Assembly (NCBI GenBank): GCA_031426335.1
Contig: JANPLC010000241.1
Location: 1,828-65,827 of the forward strand
From: Planctomycetota bacterium
Lineage (GTDB): Bacteria > Planctomycetota > UBA11346
Length of the DNA: 64,000 nucleotides
Direction of reading: 5' to 3'
This document shows, piece after piece, positions 26,401-32,387 of the stretch (position 1 is its first letter; each line of letters opens with the position of its first letter). A program made the position numbers and the translations under genes. The notes beneath the pieces were generated by a model that searched no databases, was not told the origin of the DNA, and saw nothing but the letters and a program-made list of their open reading frames with translations.

Positions 26401-28805
26401 CCACCGGAAGTGATGGTGCCGCTCGCCGCTGGGGCCACCCACGGACCAAAGGTCGGCTGACTTACCATTGCCTGGCCAAACTGGTCGTTGGCCACCGCGG
26501 TGAACTGCTGAGTTCCGCCCGTGGCTACCGACACCGGGGTCGGTGTCACCGCTACCGTGGTGATGGTCTGGTTGACGATGACCGTCACGTCGCTCGGCGC
26601 CGAGGTAGCATTGTTCGCATCCTTCGCCGTCGCGCGCAAGACGTAGGTCCCCGCCCGGGTGAAGGTCGCCGTCACGCTCTTGGCCGCGTTGGTGTTATTG
26701 GCGCTGAACGCCACCGAGGCCGGTGGCGTACCTGTCGTGGCCCAAGTATAGATCAGCCCTGGCTCTCCCGCGTCATCATCGCCGTAGGCAGTCAGCGTGG
26801 TCGTGGTACCGGTGACCGGGCTGGCACTGGATTTCGCCGCGATGCTGATGATCGGCGTGCCGTTGGTGATGGTGACCTGCGCGGTGCCGGCGGTTGGGAC
26901 GCCGGTGCCGGTGGCGGTCACCGTGTATGGGCCGCCAAGGGTCTGGCTGGCCAGGAATACGCCTGGGGCAGTAGTCGTGTAGGCGCTGCCGGCCAACACC
27001 ACCGTGCCGACGTCCTGCGTCTGCCACGGCCACTGCATCGTCGCCAGGGCGGTGGTGCCGATGAGGATTTGCACGTTGTCGAACGCCGCCGTGGTCAACG
27101 TGGTCGCATTGTGCGACGTCACGGCCAAGCCCATGTAGACCGAAGCCCCCATGGTGACCGTCTCGCTGCCGATGAAGGTCCACGTCGCCCCATCGGTGGA
27201 GACGTAACCACTGAAGAGCGATCCGCTGCGCACCAGCTTGATCCAGCGTGGCGCCGCGTGTCCGGTGAGGATGGTGTTGACGCTGGTTCCGGCAGTGGTG
27301 GTACGGCGTTGGAACAATGCGCCCGACGCGGCGGTGACGTTGACCATCGCATTGCGCGCGTCCGCGGCTAAACCATCGCGAATCATCAGGCCGGCCTTCG
27401 CCCACGCGTCGGTGTTGGTCAGACTCGTGACACGGGCAATGAGCGTCACATCGCCCGCGGGCAGCGGACGGTGCATGAAGCGAAACTGGTCGCTGGTGCC
27501 CCAGATATCCGTGCCGGAGGCCTGGACGGTATAGGTCCCGGTCGACGGGGTGTAGGTGCCCGAGCCCACTGGCGTGGTGATGTTGATATCCTGCTGCGTC
27601 CAGCCACTGGGTAGAGCACCAGCCGTGGCCGTCGCCGGGGTAATGCTGACATTGCTGAAGCGGGCTTGGGCGCGCACACCTGACTGGTGGGAGGTCACCG
27701 CCAAGCCGACGCGCACCGTGGCGGCCATGGTCACCGTGTCGGTGCCGAGCTGCGTCCAGGTGGTGCCGTCGGGGGAGGAATAACCCGTCAGCGTGTTGCC
27801 GACACGCGTCAGGCGCACCCAGTACGGCGCCGCCTGACCGGCGGTGATGACGTTGGTGCTGGTGCCGCCCACAGTGGTGCGGCGCTGGAACAACGCGCCA
27901 GCGGCGGCGGTCACGTTGGCCATGGCGTTAATCGCGTTGTCCGTCAGGCCGTCGCGCATCATCACGCCGGCCTTCGCCCACGCGTTGGTGTTTTCCAGCG
28001 ACTCAACCTTCGCGGTGATGGTGCCGTCGCCGGTCAGCTGCTGGTGTACGAATTGGAAGCCATCGTTGGTGCCCCAGATGTCGGTGCCGGAAGCTTCAAG
28101 GACATAATTGCCCTTCGGCAGGAAAGTGCCGCCGCCCGCAGTGGTCCAACTGATCGCCGGCTGGGTCGACAGCGCCGCGGCGAACTGGTCGCGTGCAGTG
28201 CCAGTGAATGCCACCAGACCGCCGCGCACCGGCGTTGCCGTCGCGGGTGTGACCACCACATCCGTGGCCGTTGCGTTCACCGTCATCGTCACTGGGTAGG
28301 TGTTGGCACTACCTTCCGCGCCAGTCGCGGTCACCGTCAGCACGTAGGTGCCGCTCAAGCTGAAGGTCGCCGTCCAGGTTTTGCGCAAATCGGGCATCGC
28401 CGCGCCGGCTACGAACGTCGCCGTACCGGGGCCGGACGTTTTCGCCCACGAGTACGTCACCGTATTTTCGCCCAGGTACCACTGCACCGGCGTCACGTAC
28501 AGCGTCGTGGTCTTCGCCGTCACGGGTGATGGCGATGCGGTCGGGGCAGCGGGGAAGTACGGCACCAACTGGCATTTGAAGCTGGCGCCAGAGGCCACTT
28601 TGAAGTTGTTCAAAAGCAGGCGGCCTGTCTTAACCGTCACTACGGCCGTGGACGCGAGCACCGTCCCGACGGTCGCTGAAGTAGTCGTATTCGCGGGACC
28701 GTAGGTGACTGTTCCGCTGACAGTAGGCGGTAGGGGGACGTCAGCCGCCTTTGCCCAAGGCCAGATCAGTGACAACACCGCCAGAAGGCAGAGACGAATA
28801 GGCAT
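14493..28805 (-). CDS. Giant secreted polymorphic toxin (Sec signal, Ig-like domains, 2 ConA/DUF1349-like lectin domains, ~17 Calx-beta repeats, ~1,700 aa unassigned, pretoxin-HINT, C-terminal nuclease-like toxin)
   Basis: Uninterrupted 14.4-kb ORF (the ORF track extends to 28859). Probable start is ATG 28805, 'MPIRLCLLAVLSLIWPWAKA', with AAGGAA upstream. Domain motifs are listed in the sub-features. Confidence 0.9.
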   Translation of the reverse strand: MPIRLCLLAVLSLIWPWAKAADVPLPPTVSGTVTYGPANTTTSATVGTVLASTAVVTVKTGRLLLNNFKVASGASFKCQLVPYFPAAPTASPSPVTAKTTTLYVTPVQWYLGENTVTYSWAKTSGPGTATFVAGAAMPDLRKTWTATFSLSGTYVLTVTATGAEGSANTYPVTMTVNATATDVVVTPATATPVRGGLVAFTGTARDQFAAALSTQPAISWTTAGGGTFLPKGNYVLEASGTDIWGTNDGFQFVHQQLTGDGTITAKVESLENTNAWAKAGVMMRDGLTDNAINAMANVTAAAGALFQRRTTVGGTSTNVITAGQAAPYWVRLTRVGNTLTGYSSPDGTTWTQLGTDTVTMAATVRVGLAVTSHQSGVRAQARFSNVSITPATATAGALPSGWTQQDINITTPVGSGTYTPSTGTYTVQASGTDIWGTSDQFRFMHRPLPAGDVTLIARVTSLTNTDAWAKAGLMIRDGLAADARNAMVNVTAASGALFQRRTTTAGTSVNTILTGHAAPRWIKLVRSGSLFSGYVSTDGATWTFIGSETVTMGASVYMGLAVTSHNATTLTTAAFDNVQILIGTTALATMQWPWQTQDVGTVVLAGSAYTTTAPGVFLASQTLGGPYTVTATGTGVPTAGTAQVTITNGTPIISIAAKSSASPVTGTTTTLTAYGDDDAGEPGLIYTWATTGTPPASVAFSANNTNAAKSVTATFTRAGTYVLRATAKDANNATSAPSDVTVIVNQTITTVAVTPTPVSVATGGTQQFTAVANDQFGQAMVSQPTFGPWVAPAASGTITSGGLFTASATAGGPHNVTVQGGGKTGTAVVSVVGPPSINIAATDATATEGGDTATFTLTRSGIASSAVTVNFTVTGSATGSDYTALGTSVVIPAGATTKTLTVTTLQDTLTEPNKTVIVTLATGTGYTVGSPANATATIIDDEQGVSIAATDAAASETGPDTGTFTITRTGTTAAALTVNVTLGGTAVSGDYASVTVPVVIAAGSATATRTVTPVDDTLGEPSETVIMTLTTGSYTIGSPSAATVTIADNDAVVTIAATDANATESATPDTGTFTFTRTGATTAALTVTFAVSGTASAGDFTSLGTSVVIPAGSVNKTLTLTPTNDALNEPNETVIVTVVTAAGYTAGSPSAATVTIVDDEQTVTIAATDANAAESATPDTGTWTVTRTGVTTAALTVNLAVSGTASASDFTSLGTTVVIPAGAASKTITLTPVNDALNEPNETVIVTLTTGTGYYLGGTIAGTVTIVDDEQTVSVAATDAAASETGPDNGTFTFTRTGITTNPLTVVFTLGGTAVVSDYGAITTSVTISAGAASATVTATPVNDTAYEGSETVIATITANAAYFIGTASATVTIADNDLPTITIAATDANAAEPSNTGTFTLTRSGFNGVALMVTVTPGGSAGAGADYTALPATATFATGQSTTTVPVTPINDTLLEASKTVTLTIATGSGYTVGSPNAATVTILDDEQGISIAATDAIASEPGSPDTGLFTIIRTAGVTSPALTINLTTTSTATVGSDFTALPATVNLAAGQMSTTVTLTAVDNTLSEPDETVTLTVASGTGYVVGTPAAATVSIKDNDAPLIAFQAASSSVGESGTQIDIPVVLSFPYSLTTTVNYALTGTATGNGDDYYLPNGTLIFAPGETSKILSLQVRDDATVEANETAIITLSAPVNGALDTIKVHTVTITDNDAITVQVAATDPVVTEDGTHYGAVTFTRTGSLAAALTANLSLTGSTATVDTDYADPTDTGTKITFPIGVASVTRAVVAKQDSLHEVDETIVVTVIAGTGYTVGTPSVATLTIRDDDVVTIAATTPNATEAATPTNGVFTLTRVSTTNALTVSVAITGTATAGGDYTRNPTGTTVTFNAGVATATLTITPVQDALVEGPETVIATIIPTTPTATYTIGAAASATVTITDDEVLTLTISATDATAVEPGGDNATFTITRPAATTAALTVTYQVSGTATPGLDYTALSGTATIAANATSTTVTLTALGDQITEADETVVLTLIGVPTYNIGATPSATATIKDCTLTIAATDAEVKEPNTANQGKIRISRNNTSTSALAIPVQWSGNAVLNTDFTATPAVITTATIPANATFVDISVAAKADALVEGTETAILLLQASTTVPFAISGSWSASTSIEDATLTITASRTEVTENANEQVTLTVTRTGDFSGPALNVAFALSGATLDVDYSSSVPSGTLTIPTGNASAPPVSITTNRDDTTVEGDETITATIGPSSYGIITSSVAIILHDDDFPIVDLAVSDAAVSETGPDTGTFMLTRSGSTANPLTVTLTRAGTATALTDYTATPTSITGTGTITVTILAGQESAPINITPVNDSGAEVAETVILTLVPQATYRVGQAQAQISISDNEPPVVSIAATAAQAVEGGALGVLTLQRTGDPTTTISIGISTTGSTATAGSDYSTLTGPIVLGPNVTTKDLYISPTDDDLPEVNETVKVTLVAGAGYSLGATTNATVTIADNDLPTVTVVALQPNAAEGATPVTGTVRFTRTGDTTTTLSVPFLRTGTASTTLGTDYTLNPNVSAITFAANEVTADLVITPVNNATANGDKTVIVTLVTGAFTPGIDSSATVTIGDDERPTVRISATDNVATEAGLTTATFTVTRSAPSTTTLTVPYTVGGSATPGIDYLSLTGLVTILANQTSSLITITPRDDGEIETAESIDVTLGTSSNFNLGSDGAVAAITLYSDELPAAAVTYQYGKGLVVEASGIVPYGHDITAVLATTTTPGLILVSTLTNGGFAIRASLAAAGTTTASIILQYQDARGVLGPKKIAVLRWPTGSETTEQGSPDGTPLAPPVLSIAYLDSSLTGDKHGEIKGENFSFTNTGGNPSTPVLITASAQSYGGGVVSEIIVSSSDGQEYRIPGSSGTASFKFASEGIFEFVAYANASRAQENAMQTIRLSERLVVDRSPPKLEILADKSLWDSPTEPLVISNGPLKTSAYQREKFIFLNSNPELGFTGNGNLRKYRQRLCFNAQDFSVTIKAPDEVTGLKNSSSFKVFDKNNAPLLKSNIVDEGGEFIGWKLNGFHTPFSLNTRSYTSFYAVNISDRCGNYLEDTYQPYPVPPEKVKDLFYVDAMLVDPSVEAATESVYSYTSPVYWLSWPSDLSMGWYPEEAWQGVPSKPTSGQMGQSFTLNNPVNITGAEKDQIAKTDTYYFRDWIGNIVKKKYEFRGLQPQDYVGYGNFSRLPTFTDPASGAHGTTTFKQAGYNSLTGTSVIQTFSLSEPGGFFDIRQRYDYGYNDSHQVTSITVNPATFDPLLGVAKAFKTQVTFAGNGIDVASMLYGGVIQNYPYSPGSGTDRYYRPAVLNYEPAFKKGMKRQEIQFNFPSLSQVRDPSALPVLRVDRGRNANHPVTRNGDALSASVDLAPIGSYINDYEIWRVGNDYATVGLGPYQYGTDTDTFLGFSVGQSMPVFNFINLSPNIAASGMTAAFTIRGNFLSKEFGFDDFNRMSADYIRFIKINGSSEKDVTQAISVAPGVKPGSDKVTIVSQRLRDEQDQNSNMRTYQVLEFTVFIGADVAAGLYSVDVKVGAVHAYPDELSRQFAGANGAHRMKEALAIVKINYETELDQNPPQITKTMSVPNISVSPSVTVSGVNATVSLSGTVTDAVANLLEAPAMKSVHVYHHNKWVGDIALSTVSGSPTDWKPYSKSFAFSGSVTIPAWEGEHLMNVVTDANESGIQGSANFSATMNGTYPNPVIRETVAIQLNGDLRATQTDAITLVIPNQYIGQNPATVTLTETAVGSNVFQDVGAVYRVSISEGGQTNAILVDTISATVEKNGEWYCEEVFTENGPSSLRFEALIVRSNAITAPTVMTYKVDLSGVLSPTVVNQIAITLPNHIAGPSPTPIALTETGADTKVFTATVGSTVIQVDLLGATTGVSIPASVKMSESKAVTANFIQIGGVTSTQYQYSTTITSDAPSFSLRSVSSAISPAQQETVTPYRVSIQAPSIIDTVITSHKWFQNGSRVDLIKKDDRYYVKDATTGNAMVFVDPAWAPVNGTVGTEGGEGEDEGPVTFSGTNDTIHLSVTIGIARSRLPTPVPDTYTVTVVVSPDAAQRISASVIGLNEEDTWTTQEVRGFDKTVQGSYQVTLKRQGAIQVAGNVTSDSLTPAEVKLARTNPKTFLDNKLMAWYLVQGENAETTGWVWNALDNPVLDDDIPLWTIPELLGAPEGNALSLASSVIAALTKDVVIPGVDLGVERIVQNAFIAHVGFGGTIRTWDLPEARAVYLWVAPHATYKSGDTDIPVGKKAGDLRYEKEGTFDLPAAIDAYNKANGNIHAAAEARREERMKIAREIGWELRPINEQTAMNGANQVLSAMNQLADVTAWAGYIGGGKRIVLPEGDATWAAVGVNGGFLLVNFVPFAKVGSVVGKSGKVLFKKVEESALPKARQAVRDFLPTETLVRASTKLICFVAGTRVKVSNGFKAIEDIRVGDMVWSRDERSGAEGLKHVEQTFMTTPATLIHLRYHRLDVGNMDGDASELVGTTTHPFWVKQLSAWVPMGELKPGYQLHMAGNECAVVESVRCEEAPIGQCFTTYNFSVADWQTYFVASSNSKEDSPSIWVHNVGGFCDKAWGRALAVLGRMGETRFFQTFTKLPKWQVSVMKAQLNRRQLSSLERDAVREAARRLWAERAGTKLLGGKGLKEAGYEVHHRIELQFSHLFPDNPNAIENVFTVKIEVHAKITKAWEEWLRLKGGVGNVTKAEVEAQAALIDGQFAQDAATFIAFP
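14496..14981 (-). other. C-terminal toxin domain, HNH/EndoVII-superfamily-like (xHH-type) nuclease candidate
   Basis: The last 162 aa after the HINT 'VHN'. 'GYEVHHRIELQFSHLFPDNPNAIENVFTVKIEVHAKIT' shows an HH...N...H spacing like the AHH/GHH/SHH toxin families. Family assignment is tentative. Confidence 0.5.
14982..15446 (-). other. Pretoxin HINT (PT-HINT / bacterial intein-like) domain
   Basis: 'CFVAGTRVKVSNGFKAIEDIRVGDMVWSRD...LVGTTTHPFWV...WVPMGELKPGYQL...TTYNFSVADWQTYFVAS...IWVHN'. It has the N-terminal Cys, a TxxH block and a terminal HN. Confidence 0.85.
20640..26300 (-). repeat. Coding tandem array of ~17 Calx-beta repeats (~333-345 bp units)
   Basis: Recurrent '...(I/V)AATDA.A.E....G.FT.TRTG....LTV...(V/L)(S/G)GTA..G.DY......V.I.AG....T.T.TP..D...E..ETV...L'. 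Adjacent units at 25051-25377 and 25396-25707 are near-identical. Confidence 0.8.
27060..28120 (-). other. Two tandem ConA-like/DUF1349-like lectin domains
   Basis: Duplicated 'Y.(L/V).ASGTDIWGT.D.F.F.H..L.GD....A.V.SL.NT.AWAKAG.M.RDGL....NAM.NVTAA.GALFQRRTT.....N......AP.W..L.R.G....GY.S.DG..W'. Confidence 0.55.
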
Positions 28806-28887
28806 GATAAGCGTTTCCTTCGAATAACAGGCAAGAAACATCGCATTGCCAAGTGACAACGGTCAAGTTGCCACCCAACTGATCACC

Positions 28888-30090
28888 TCACCACATTACG
28901 ACAACCAGACCTGGACGCCCTGGCCCGTCGGGGTTCCCCCCAGAACCATATCCCGCACCTGGTGATCCAAACATGTAGCCTGCACCAGCAGTTCCCGGGG
29001 CATAACCATAAAAGTTCCCATTGAGCGATACCGGCTGGCTATTCGTCCCTTTAGCCCCTTGGATTGCTAGGCCAGTTGCACCATTGAGTACCGCAGCCCC
29101 CCCATTGAGATATGTCGCCCCACTACAAATAATGAGGGATCCAAAGCTTGTTTGACTACCAGCTAAACCACCAATCCCCCCTCCAGTACCAACTGTGATC
29201 GCATAGCTTCCTTGAGGGCTAGAAACGACAGCCCAAGCAAATCCACCGGCATTTCCTGGTTCAGCAAGTGTGGCATAACTTCCATCCTGGTTAGAACTCG
29301 TCTGACTGGGAACCCCGCCAGAACCACCCCCCAAAGCAATCACTTGAATTTGTGTGACACCAGCAGGAACGGTAAAGGTACCGCTGGAGGTAAAGAATTG
29401 GACGCCCTTCGAAGAAACCATCAGGGGCAATTGTGATGCCAAGACTTTCCCACTCGCATCGAGCGTGGCCAAGCCGTTCGCAGCCCCTTTCTCATCGCCC
29501 CGCACCGCCTGCGCGCCAGTTGCTGGCGCAGTGCGATTGATCACCACGTCGCCTGCTGTAACCGTTCCAGCAACATTTATCGGCGTGCTAAAGCTAGTGT
29601 TTGTCTTGGTCACGCGGACAGCACGAACGACGCCATCTGGGTATAGATCAATGCCGCCATTGGTCTGGCGGTTGACGATTTCAATCGGGACGTCCGAACT
29701 CGGACGCATATTCAGCTGGCTGGCACCTGCCCAGATAAAGCCCCCGCCAATGACAACTTGTCCTGCCGTTACCGTAGTGGGCGGGGATTTGGTGACGACT
29801 AATTGGCGCCCACCCACTTCGTCGTAGACCGAAAAGGTTTTCCCAGCTTGACGCCACTGGATAAACGGACCTAGAGCATCTGCTGCCCAGGTTCCCTGCA
29901 TCAGTCCGTTCAGGTAGGAATCAAATGCAAGACCAGTAGCAACCCGTCCGCCTCCAATGCGAACCTGCGTCGACGTCGGTGCGACCGGAACTGCACCGGC
30001 CACAATGACCGCACCAGCGGGATCAACAGTCAGCACATCCTCTGCCTGGAGTGCTCCGATGGCCAAGAGGCTAATTAAGATTCGTTTCAT
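28888..30090 (-). CDS. Secreted phage-tail-fibre-like protein with C-terminal glycine-rich domain
   Basis: Start at the internal ATG 30090 ('MKRILISLLAIGALQA' signal peptide). 'NGLATLDASGKVLASQLP' is a tail-fibre hallmark. 'FFTSSGTFTVPAGVTQIQVIALGGGSGG...ITVGTGGG' is the glycine-rich domain seen in phage fibres. Confidence 0.7.
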   Translation of the reverse strand: MKRILISLLAIGALQAEDVLTVDPAGAVIVAGAVPVAPTSTQVRIGGGRVATGLAFDSYLNGLMQGTWAADALGPFIQWRQAGKTFSVYDEVGGRQLVVTKSPPTTVTAGQVVIGGGFIWAGASQLNMRPSSDVPIEIVNRQTNGGIDLYPDGVVRAVRVTKTNTSFSTPINVAGTVTAGDVVINRTAPATGAQAVRGDEKGAANGLATLDASGKVLASQLPLMVSSKGVQFFTSSGTFTVPAGVTQIQVIALGGGSGGVPSQTSSNQDGSYATLAEPGNAGGFAWAVVSSPQGSYAITVGTGGGIGGLAGSQTSFGSLIICSGATYLNGGAAVLNGATGLAIQGAKGTNSQPVSLNGNFYGYAPGTAGAGYMFGSPGAGYGSGGNPDGPGRPGLVVVMW

Positions 30091-30148
30091 GGTTATCCCT
30101 GAAAATGATGTGTATCGCTCTGACACTTAGAAAAAATGAGTTAATGAT

Positions 30149-31150
30149 TCAAAACCCCATAACTGCCACGGTGACTATCGAGGCATTGGTCGCTGCCAGA
30201 GGACCATTGATGCAAACAAAGGAAACGCTCGTTGTCGTCAATGCTCCGACTTGATTGAAATAGGCCGTCATCGCTTCTGGCCCACACGTAATAATTGGGA
30301 CATAGGAAACCGAAGCGAACGGCGTTGTGAAGTTTACTCGGTACTGACCAGTGGCGAGGCGATCCACCGAGGACACATTATAAGCACCACGAACCGTAAG
30401 TGCCGCGGCCTTCCCATCAAAATTAACCCACGCCTTTATGCTGCCCGCGTTGATACGTGGGTCATCACCCCGAACAACTTCGGTCGCAGCCGCTGGGGTA
30501 GCACGACTAATCACGGCGTTATTCGAAGAAACCGTACCTGCAAATAAATCTCCCCCAGTTCTAATCACGCCACCGCCAATTGCGGTCTCGTCCACCTTCA
30601 CCTGTGCTGCTTGTGGCTGGGGGCCGTAAAACGTGGTGTAGCCGTCCGGGGTAATCTCCATCCGCGTGATCGCATTCGCCGTCGGTGCGGGCGAGGTCGT
30701 TGGCGTTGTGGAGAATTTCAATCCGGCTCGTTGACCCGCGCCGCCTGGCAACCATCCGCTGATTATGTAGAGATTGGGGTCTGCCTCACTGTAGCGTCCA
30801 CCACGAAGGCCACCGCTGTTCAAATCGCCAATGGAGAGGAGGCCTGACGTCATCACGCCTCCTCCTCCTATTGCGGTCCCTGTGGTCCCAGTGGGCAGCG
30901 TCGTGGTAGGCATCGGTCCGTAAAAAATGGATGGGGTTGAATCCCCGGCGATTCCAACCAGGAGGCGCTGAGCAAAGGCGGCTCCGCCGCCAGAAATCCG
31001 CGATTCCGTTGATGTATTGACGCCACCAAGCGTTCCGCCCGCTGTTACTAGGCTACCGGCTACCTGGACGGTGCCACTTGGGTCAACCGTCAAGGCATCG
31101 GCAGAATGGAGAGCGCCTATTGCCAGCAGGCTTAAAATAATTTTTTTCAT
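30149..31150 (-). CDS. Secreted phage-tail-fibre-like protein (paralogous N-terminus to 28888-30090)
   Basis: Signal peptide 'MKKIILSLLAIGALHS'. Shares 'LTVDPSGTVQVAG' with its neighbour. C-terminus 'VVRGDDPRI...IKAWVNFDG...LTVRGAYNVSSVDRLATGQYRVNFTTPFASVSY' matches a common tail-fibre C-terminal module. Confidence 0.7.
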   Translation of the reverse strand: MKKIILSLLAIGALHSADALTVDPSGTVQVAGSLVTAGGTLGGVNTSTESRISGGGAAFAQRLLVGIAGDSTPSIFYGPMPTTTLPTGTTGTAIGGGGVMTSGLLSIGDLNSGGLRGGRYSEADPNLYIISGWLPGGAGQRAGLKFSTTPTTSPAPTANAITRMEITPDGYTTFYGPQPQAAQVKVDETAIGGGVIRTGGDLFAGTVSSNNAVISRATPAAATEVVRGDDPRINAGSIKAWVNFDGKAAALTVRGAYNVSSVDRLATGQYRVNFTTPFASVSYVPIITCGPEAMTAYFNQVGALTTTSVSFVCINGPLAATNASIVTVAVMGF

Positions 31151-31210
31151 GCGGTTTTCTTGAAAAGAGGCCGGCGCTCTGCGCCTAACCGGCTACTTCG
31201 CCTCGTTGAT

Positions 31211-31939
31211 TTAAAATCCATTGGCCGCTCCATCGGAAATCGGCACCGGCGCTTCGGTGGGTGGCTGCGAAGGAACCGCTTCCGACTGTGGTGCGCCGGG
31301 ACGCTGGTTGTCCACAGGCGGCTGGAACCCCGGCAGAGAATAGGCGCCCATGCGGCGCTGACGCGCTTCCTCAATCGCCTTTCGGGCTTCCATGAAGAAT
31401 CGCGATGATGTCGGGCGGCCGGACTGCGATTCGTCCAACACCGCCCAGCCGGCACGCATCAATTCGACCTGCAGCGATGTCCGATGGTGGGCACCTGGCC
31501 CCGCAGGTGGTGGTGGCGACGCAGGATCCACCGGTGCGGAAAAATCCCGCAGAATCCAAGCCTTGGCCAAGCCAAAGGCGTCTGTTTCCAATCGTTGACC
31601 GCTCACCTCGATCATCACGTCGCAACCTGGCGGGCAGAGTTCCTTCAATTTAGTCAGCGCGTGCTCGGGTGGGCCGATCAGGCGGATGCCCTCCAATTGC
31701 AGCGGAATGGTCGTGGGCAGACCGCCTACTGTGGCTTCAACCGTGATGCGCAAGGCGCTTTGCACGTCGACCACCCGCACCGGCATTGATTCCATGGCCA
31801 CTGACGGACCGCCGAAGATGAGAGCCGACGCCAACCCCATCGACATATACTTGACCACTCGACTGACGTCGACCGAGAACATGCCCACCCCGCCTTGTTT
31901 GGCGGGGCGGCGTTCTAGAAACGGCCAGCACCTAGTCAA
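31211..31939 (-). CDS. Exported SNase (thermonuclease)-like OB-fold protein, catalytic motif degenerate; Pro-rich C-terminus
   Basis: 'VRVVDVQSALRITVE...IPLQLEGIRLIGPPE...DAFGLAKAWIL...SLQVELMRAGWAVLDE' follows the SNase pattern (V.DGDT..V....vRL.GIDaPE ... eLvr.GlA). The DGDT and GIDxPE acidic residues are replaced. Confidence 0.45.
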   Translation of the reverse strand: MTRCWPFLERRPAKQGGVGMFSVDVSRVVKYMSMGLASALIFGGPSVAMESMPVRVVDVQSALRITVEATVGGLPTTIPLQLEGIRLIGPPEHALTKLKELCPPGCDVMIEVSGQRLETDAFGLAKAWILRDFSAPVDPASPPPPAGPGAHHRTSLQVELMRAGWAVLDESQSGRPTSSRFFMEARKAIEEARQRRMGAYSLPGFQPPVDNQRPGAPQSEAVPSQPPTEAPVPISDGAANGF

Positions 31940-32184
31940 TAGCGTCGGTAATTAGCTGCCGAATGCGTTGGCTGCGGAAACAGGCGACCAACTGTTTCTC
32001 TGGCGAAATATCGCACCCAGCTTGCATTGTCGTGAAATTCGAGCCTCAGTTCGCTCATTTCGATCAGCACCACGAGTGTCAGGACGTCACCTGAAGATAT
32101 GGAGTATACGAGGCACGGTTTTTCCGTGGAAGATTTGTCGCGGTGACTGAGCGGCGGATTGTTCATCGCTTGAAGGCGATCCAT
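31936..32184 (-). CDS. Hypothetical small protein
   Basis: Internal ATG at 32184 ('MDRLQAMNNPPLSHRDK...VLTLVVLIEMSELRLEFHD...'). Its stop overlaps the next start (ATGA at 31936-31939). The longer N-terminal extension in the ORF track runs through the G-tract region and is discounted. Confidence 0.3.
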   Translation of the reverse strand: MDRLQAMNNPPLSHRDKSSTEKPCLVYSISSGDVLTLVVLIEMSELRLEFHDNASWVRYFARETVGRLFPQPTHSAANYRRY

Positions 32185-32212
32185 GGACTCTTCGCAGACT
32201 AATCGCTGTTCT

Positions 32213-32342
32213 GCCCCTCGGCCCTTCCCCTGGCCCATTCCCAGAGGCTTCCCCGGTGGCAGCCCCTGGGGCTGGCCTACGGGGTCCTCGGCGGGGCTCC
32301 GGGCGGGGACCCCGGCGGGGATGCCCACGGGGCTCTCTGGGG
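32213..32342 (+). other. C-tract / G-tract block with quadruplex potential
   Basis: Four CCCC runs (32213-32266) are followed by at least 7 GGGG runs within ~80 bp (32267-32342). Includes GGCGGGG x3 at ~12-bp spacing and the palindrome CAGCCCCTGGGGCTG (32260-32274). Confidence 0.5.
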
Positions 32343-32387
32343 ATTTACGGGCTTTTCTTGCCAAAACCCTCTCATGGCGTTTTGCCG

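Noticed and set aside
14493-28805. Is the giant protein an RTX/T1SS adhesin or an Rhs/T6SS effector?
   Set aside because: I saw no GGxGxDxUx nonapeptide blocks, no C-terminal T1SS-type signal, no YD/RHS repeats and no PAAR. It does have a normal N-terminal Sec signal peptide.
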